Below, one piece after another: positions 35,061 through 40,687 of a DNA stretch of 40,687 nucleotides. Each line of letters starts with the position of its first letter. The first letter of the stretch is position 1. Both the position numbers and the translations under genes were made by a program. The notes under the pieces were generated by a model. That model had not been told where the DNA came from and searched no databases. It saw nothing but the letters and a program-made list of their open reading frames with translations. Source of the DNA: Octopus sinensis (taxonomy: Eukaryota). The DNA is taken from assembly GCF_006345805.1 (NCBI RefSeq), contig NW_021835545.1, positions 1 through 40,687 of the forward strand. Reading direction: 5' to 3'.

Positions 35061-35339
35061 TAATATAGCATACATTAGGATATAGGTTTTCGATACCATA
35101 GTAATTATAGTGCGCATCCTCCTCCTTCTCTTTCCCCCTCTTCCACTTGAAATCATTCTTCATCCTTCGTCTGACAATCGCTAAATTCTTCTTCCGTATC
35201 GAACCAGTCTGTCTCTCCCTGGCTTCAAGCTTTCGCTTACTTCTCGATCTTTCTCTCCTCGCCGTTGCCTCGGGATACAATTATAAGTTATCTGCTGAAG
35301 TATTTCACAGATATCAGTTAACACCAACAGGGGTGAATT

Positions 35340-35355
35340 CGATGATGATAATGGC

Positions 35356-35396
<41 letters not shown>

Positions 35397-35762
35397 CGAT
35401 GGGGTTGGTGGTGGTGGTGGTGTTGCTGTTATTTTTGTTGTTGGTGGTGATGGTGGTGGTGCAGGTGAAGATAATGATGATAGTTATGGTGATGATGATG
35501 ATGAAGCGGGGGAGAGGAGGAGGATGGTCGTAGTGGTGAGGACAATGGCGAATACCATGTATAACGGAAAGGTATAAGATCTGTGTGCAAAATACATCGA
35601 TAAAAAAAACTAAATATATAATTAATGTAAGAAGCAGAAGAAGGAGGAGGAGAAGAAGTAAAAGAAGAAGAAGAAGAAGTAGAAGAAGAAGAAGAAGAAG
35701 AAGAAGAAGAAGAAGAAGAAGAAGAAGAAGAAGAAGAAGAAGAAGAAGAAGAAGAAGAAGAA
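35340..35762. repeat. (GAT/GGT)n array and near-perfect (GAA)n array (35630-35762)
   Basis: Direct reading. Confidence 0.92.
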
Positions 35763-36051
35763 TCACTGATTTTATGGTCTATAATGTAACAGGAACGCTA
35801 GTATGAACCAGAAGAGTGAGAATAACAACACATTGTGGGAGCCTCTATGAAGTCAATGTGCCTGCTAGAGATAACAACCAGCTTCCTTGAAAATATAACC
35901 TCATCTTGGATGTACACAATTGGTAATGATATAATCTTAGACTCCAAACTTGTTGGAAACAGGTGGAATGGTCATGGATGGATAGTTTAATTTTCTGATC
36001 TACTTTCACAAACAACGCTTAACTGGGTACTAAGTAAAAAGTGCAAGGATA

Positions 36052-36250
36052 ACGGTTTCAAATTTTGCCACACAATCGGAGATTCTGGGGGGTGAGGACA
36101 AGTAATTTGCATCAGCCCTCAGTATCTAACTGGTACGTATGCTATCGACTCTGAAAGTCGACCTCAGCAGAATTTGAACTAAGAACGTAGAGAGGTAAAA
36201 TGCCGCTAAGCTTGTCCGGCAAGTTAACGATTCTGCCATCTTTCCGTCTT
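36052..36250 (-). mobile_element. tRNA-derived SINE, reverse orientation, diverged
   Basis: ggtttcaaattttgccacac...aagtcgacctcagcagaatttgaact...gccgctaagc...aacgattctgcca. Confidence 0.8.
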
Positions 36251-36359
36251 AATGACGGCAACTATAAGAAGAATAACAACAACAATGTCGAGGACAATTA
36301 CAACTGCAACATCAGCAAAACAAGCAACAAGTAAAAGGAAAAGATAAACCTTTTCGATT

Positions 36360-36520
36360 AGAGGCACAAGGCCTGAATTTTAGGGGAGGGTCATAATAAA
36401 TTACATCTGCCCCAGTATATTACTGGTTATTATTTGATCGACACAGAAACTCTGAAAGATAAAGTCGACCTCGACGTGATTTGAATTCCAAACACAAAGA
36501 CGAGCGAAATCCTGCTAAAC
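36360..36520 (-). mobile_element. tRNA-derived SINE, reverse orientation, partial
   Basis: gaggcacaaggcctgaattttagggg...aaagtcgacctcgacgtgatttgaatt. Confidence 0.7.
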
Positions 36521-37559
36521 CAAAGAAAGAAAAAAGTAACCGCAAACAACAATAACAAGAACAAAAGAAAAAAATTGCAATGCCGGCAACAATAACAACT
36601 GCAACAAGAATAAAATTAATTACAAGTAGCAATAACAACAACACAATAGCAATGCTAAGAAAATCGATAGCGTAGACAACGACAACAATAAAATCGATTA
36701 AGCGCTTCTCTATGACCGCCATAAAAGCCAGCAAAATATCTAATAGATACGAAACGGCAAATTGTTCTACTTAAATGCAGCTTTTATCTCAGAGTAGAAC
36801 TGTTTGAAAGAGTCACTCAGCCTAAAGTACATTCTTGTTACACAGTAGGTTATATTGGAAGTATACTGTAGTATTTCTTTCTTCCGTTTTGTCTATAGTT
36901 CTTTGAGAATTGATACAATTAGATATTCAGGAATGTAAATGTTAGGAAATTGGTAATGATCGTTTTTCTCTCGGTTTCGGTAACAAGCATGGATGTGGCT
37001 GTCTTTAAGTTTCCTAACGTGGTTGGTTAGAACTGCATAAAAGAAAATATTCGAAACGCTCAATATATTAATTTAGTTTGGTTTTAAGGACAACAGGTTG
37101 AATATTATTGCTAACATCTCGGCCGACATTCGAAACATAGCTCTCAAATTTCCCCCAACAAGCATAGCGAAGCAGTGTTCAGACTTAAGCGAACATTAGG
37201 TAAGTTAAAATATGTTTGTGGCATATTTAAACTGGTGAAGAAAAATTCACTGCAGTTACAGGGATCAAATTCTCTATTATAGTGAAAATGTGTATTAGGA
37301 CTATATCAGTCCAGTGCTGCTGCATGTCAGATTACCAGACGTAGACGTTTCTAGCTTCTTAGCCATTAGCAATGAGAAATACCGAAGAGAGACAACTCTG
37401 AGGAGACTTAATCAAACCGTGATTTTAACCATACATACACACACACATACACATATACATATTAAACTACTAGCTAATATAATTCTATAAAAAGAACAGA
37501 TTTGCCATGAACGTATATTAATAACACGAACAAGAGTTGACCAAACAACGCTTGCTGGT

Positions 37560-37950
37560 TTATATATCGCTGAGGCCTGAAATCTAAGAGGAAGTGTGAA
37601 AGTTTTTCCAACAAACAGGCTCCAAAAACTTCTGGACAGAGTTATGTAAACGCAAGCCAATTTGACTTGGAGAAAGCTTTTACAAGACTCATATACGAAG
37701 GTGGTTTCTTCCTGTGTTGTAGTCTCGCATCTCACTCATCATTCTTATGCGCAGGCCTGAAATTATAACGTCAATCAATGAATGTTCATTATTACAGTGA
37801 TCCACTCATTTTTAACTCGGCGAGGGGGTTAACTAGAATAGTGGGTCGAGCTATAAATAAATAGAATTGTGGGTCAGCCGTGGGGTTACTGATCTGGAGA
37901 GACTAGAGTAAGGGTAAATGAAGTACGAAAGTCCAATCTGTTATGAAGGA
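37560..37950 (+). mobile_element. Possible ancient RTE-like RT remnant
   Basis: RLQKLLDR...FDLEKAF and a later RVRVNE motif in the expected order. Confidence 0.3.
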
Positions 37951-38029
37951 AAATATTCAGAAATGGGAATCTCTTTAGTGAGATTTCTCTCTAGAAATAA
38001 TGAGATTCAGTGTTGCTGCCGAGCATATG

Positions 38030-38600
38030 TGTGATACACACACATTCACACATAAGCACACATACACATACATATATACACGTGTATGCAAAACTATAGA
38101 CACACTAAACACACACGTGTATATACACACACTCATACACATACATATATGTATATATTATCTAAGTGTGCATGAATGTATACATATATATGTGTGTGTG
38201 TGTATAGATATATATATATATATACATATATACACGTATATACATATTATGTATGTATATATATATAAAAACATATATATACATATATAAACATATATAT
38301 ACATATATATACATATATATACATATATATATATATATGTGTCTGTATATATATATATTATATATATATATATATAATAATATATATATATAATTATTAT
38401 ATATACATATATATATATGTACACACATACATATATTTACATATATACATAAATATATATATATGTTACATATAACATAATATACACACACACACGCATA
38501 GATATGTGTGTGTGTAGCGGTTTCTGTGTATATATTTGTATATGTGTACTTGTGTATAAACATGTGTGTGTGTGTGTCAGTGTGTGTGTAGATGTATGCC
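38030..38600. repeat. (CA)/(TA)/(TG) compound microsatellite
   Basis: Direct reading. Confidence 0.92.
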
Positions 38601-39279
38601 TAATCCCCGAAGATTATATTTCACGCTACCCATTTCCATTTCCAAATCACTTGATATTTCTATAATTCCTTGCGGCCTTCCCCTTTAATCGCATTCTGTC
38701 TCACTTTAAACCCATCAGTTTTCCCCGCAGACATTCACCAACGCATGATCGTCCTATCATTGTCTTCATCTGTTTATGTCTGTCCGACCAATTGCATCTG
38801 CGTACGTGTGTGTTAGTCTAAGTATGTGAATGTTTTCATGTGAGTATGTGTGCATATGTGTGCGCCATTTTTACATTCATTTCTTAATTCAAACCATGGT
38901 AAAGAGATGTTTTCTATTTCTGTACGGTTATTTGTATAAAAGTGTAAAATCTCTCAAGACATACGCGTGTTATTTCATTGTCTCTCGCTTTCTTTCATTT
39001 CCATTATATACTAAAAAAATATTAATTTTTCTGCATTTTCAAGAATAGATTTAATTTAGGCTCTCGGCTTATTATAGCATTTTTAAAAGCATTGCTTGAA
39101 TTATATTTATCGTTTTCAGAATGATAAAGTGGAGAAAGGAATGGCCTGCTGGATAATCGTTTTGCTTGGATAGTATGAGGTTTCGTATTCAATGTTACAC
39201 TTTACTCTGTGTTACGCGTTCGGCCAGAATGTTGACAGTTTGCTAATCAGTGACATTTTACTGACGTTTAATAAATAGA

Positions 39280-39450
39280 GACTGTTCGGAAGCTCGTTAT
39301 AATGGCCAGCCTTGTACTTCGTCGGTAGACTTTTCCATCATCTGCTGTAACACCTTCAATCTGCTCTTGATTGCATCTACCAGTGTAAACTCCATTCTGA
39401 GCAGCTGCGACCGGTCCCAGAATGCAAGTAGCATCTCCCTATCTCTTCCC
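39280..39450 (-). mobile_element. Probable LINE RT remnant (frameshifted)
   Basis: AQNGVYTGRCNQEQI (cf. QNGFR.GRST.EQI) continues in another frame as VLQQMMEKS (cf. LRQIMEK). Confidence 0.4.
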
Positions 39451-39734
39451 ATATCTGTGACACACTCAACGCATTCCTGTTTTCTGTTCTGTTTCTCCTA
39501 ACTTAAGACATAAAATAAAATTCCAACAACAAATATTTATCTAACAAAATAAAGACAAGTTTCGGTTTTCGATGGCAGACGTAATGAATAAATTATGTTA
39601 ATAACTTGAAGCATTCTCCTAAAACAAAAGTATCACTTAATTTTAATTGCTACGTTCACTAAAGTTCATCTTCGCTGCGGCACCATATGGAAGGGGTTTA
39701 GGTGGAAGAAATCAACCTCCATACGAATTGTATA

Positions 39735-39850
39735 AAGTCTAGCTCTTACTCTTTGTGTCTCATCTGTTCAACCGGTTTATTAACGGGGACTTAGATAAGC
39801 CAACACCGGTTGTCAACAGGTTGAGCGACAGAAGCAAACACAAACACCCA
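39735..39850. mobile_element. Fragment of the third SINE-like family
   Basis: aacggggacttagataagccaacaccggttgtcaa...aaacacaaacac resembles 21520-21590. Confidence 0.5.
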
Positions 39851-39922
39851 TACACATAGTACATACATATATACGTTTGGATATATGTGTGTGTGTGTAT
39901 GTATATATATATATATATATGT

Positions 39923-39970
<48 letters not shown>

Positions 39971-40050
39971 GTATATGTATATATGTATATATGTATATAT
40001 ATATGTGTGTGTGTGTGTCTGTGTGTGTGAGTGTGTGTGTCTGTGTGCAC
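39845..40050. repeat. (TA)/(TG) microsatellite
   Basis: Direct reading. Confidence 0.92.
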
Positions 40051-40687
40051 ATACGACGGCTGTTTTCAGTTTACATCAATTAAATACACACTATAAGGCT
40101 TTGATTCGCTAGACTCTGTAGAAGAAGACAATAGAGACCGAGGATCCAGACAGCAGGACCAAACCCGAATGCATCTGGCTGGGAAACAATCTCACTACCG
40201 AACAATTACGGCTGCACTCATTTTCAAAAAATGCAAGATCTTTACAGAACAGTTAAAGTAAGAATTAAATCCTACAGTGGTTCCTAAACGACGCTGATGA
40301 GTTTTATATTTAAAGCCGCCATCTTGTCAACACGGATGAAATAAACTACAAAATTACCGTTCAACACAACGACCAAGGAATTTACTAAAGGAGGAGAGGA
40401 CATTTTTCCTCGCCAAAATTCTGAAGTAAATAATCATTGAACACAACATTTCTATAGGAATGAAATTTGAAAGTATTAATCTTATTTTGAAATGAAGAAA
40501 TATAACAGAGGATGGTATTTGATTATAGTAATTATCCGTCGGTAATGAGCGTTCAATATAATTTTGATTTCAATCTCATTAATTCATATGTCAAAAGGAA
40601 GGCCAATTTCAAAATGCTCAATTCAATTAAGAATTGAACTTAATCGCCACGTGCACAACGAATCACACCACCCACACACACACACCC

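Noticed and set aside
38731-38801. Plus-strand candidate exon encoding CPTNCIC (LRR N-cap-like)
   Set aside because: Only a 7-aa resemblance with no downstream LRR exon; the opposite strand nearby has an RT-like NYRNIK motif.
39297-39497. 66-aa minus-strand frame starting at an AG acceptor (possible terminal exon or mariner FWD motif)
   Set aside because: Two overlapping frames together reproduce a LINE RT motif across a frameshift, and the spacing does not fit mariner.
40315-40326. YY1-like motif GCCGCCATCTTG
   Set aside because: A single 12-mer with no promoter context; such motifs also occur in transposon ends.

Overview
AT-rich eukaryotic DNA with very dense microsatellites. The tRNA-derived SINE families I recognise point to an octopus (coleoid cephalopod) genome; this is from recall of the repeats, not a database search. 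I cannot support an intact host protein-coding gene. The window reads as intronic or intergenic sequence made of decayed transposons: RTE, CR1/L2-like and R4/Dong-like LINE remnants, a Neptune-type Penelope-like element (GIY-YIG), Tc1 and mariner remnants, a MITE, at least three SINE families and long simple repeats. Nearly all long ORFs in the track are microsatellite translations or transposon shadows. The best signal is a set of type-I hammerhead ribozyme motifs on the minus strand. Three are clear (17152-17196, 31026-31128, 33750-33813), each in a different sequence context with a short self-complementary helix III like the minimal hammerheads of Penelope-like elements; a fourth is weak (33350-33422). 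One lies in a 581-bp foldback element with about 170-bp inverted arms. Also notable are R4/Dong copies embedded in (TAA)n arrays, including an 865-bp near-identical tandem duplication, and a trimeric SINE architecture that recurs at two loci 26 kb apart. All protein similarities were judged by eye from recalled family motifs, and all folds were paired by hand.
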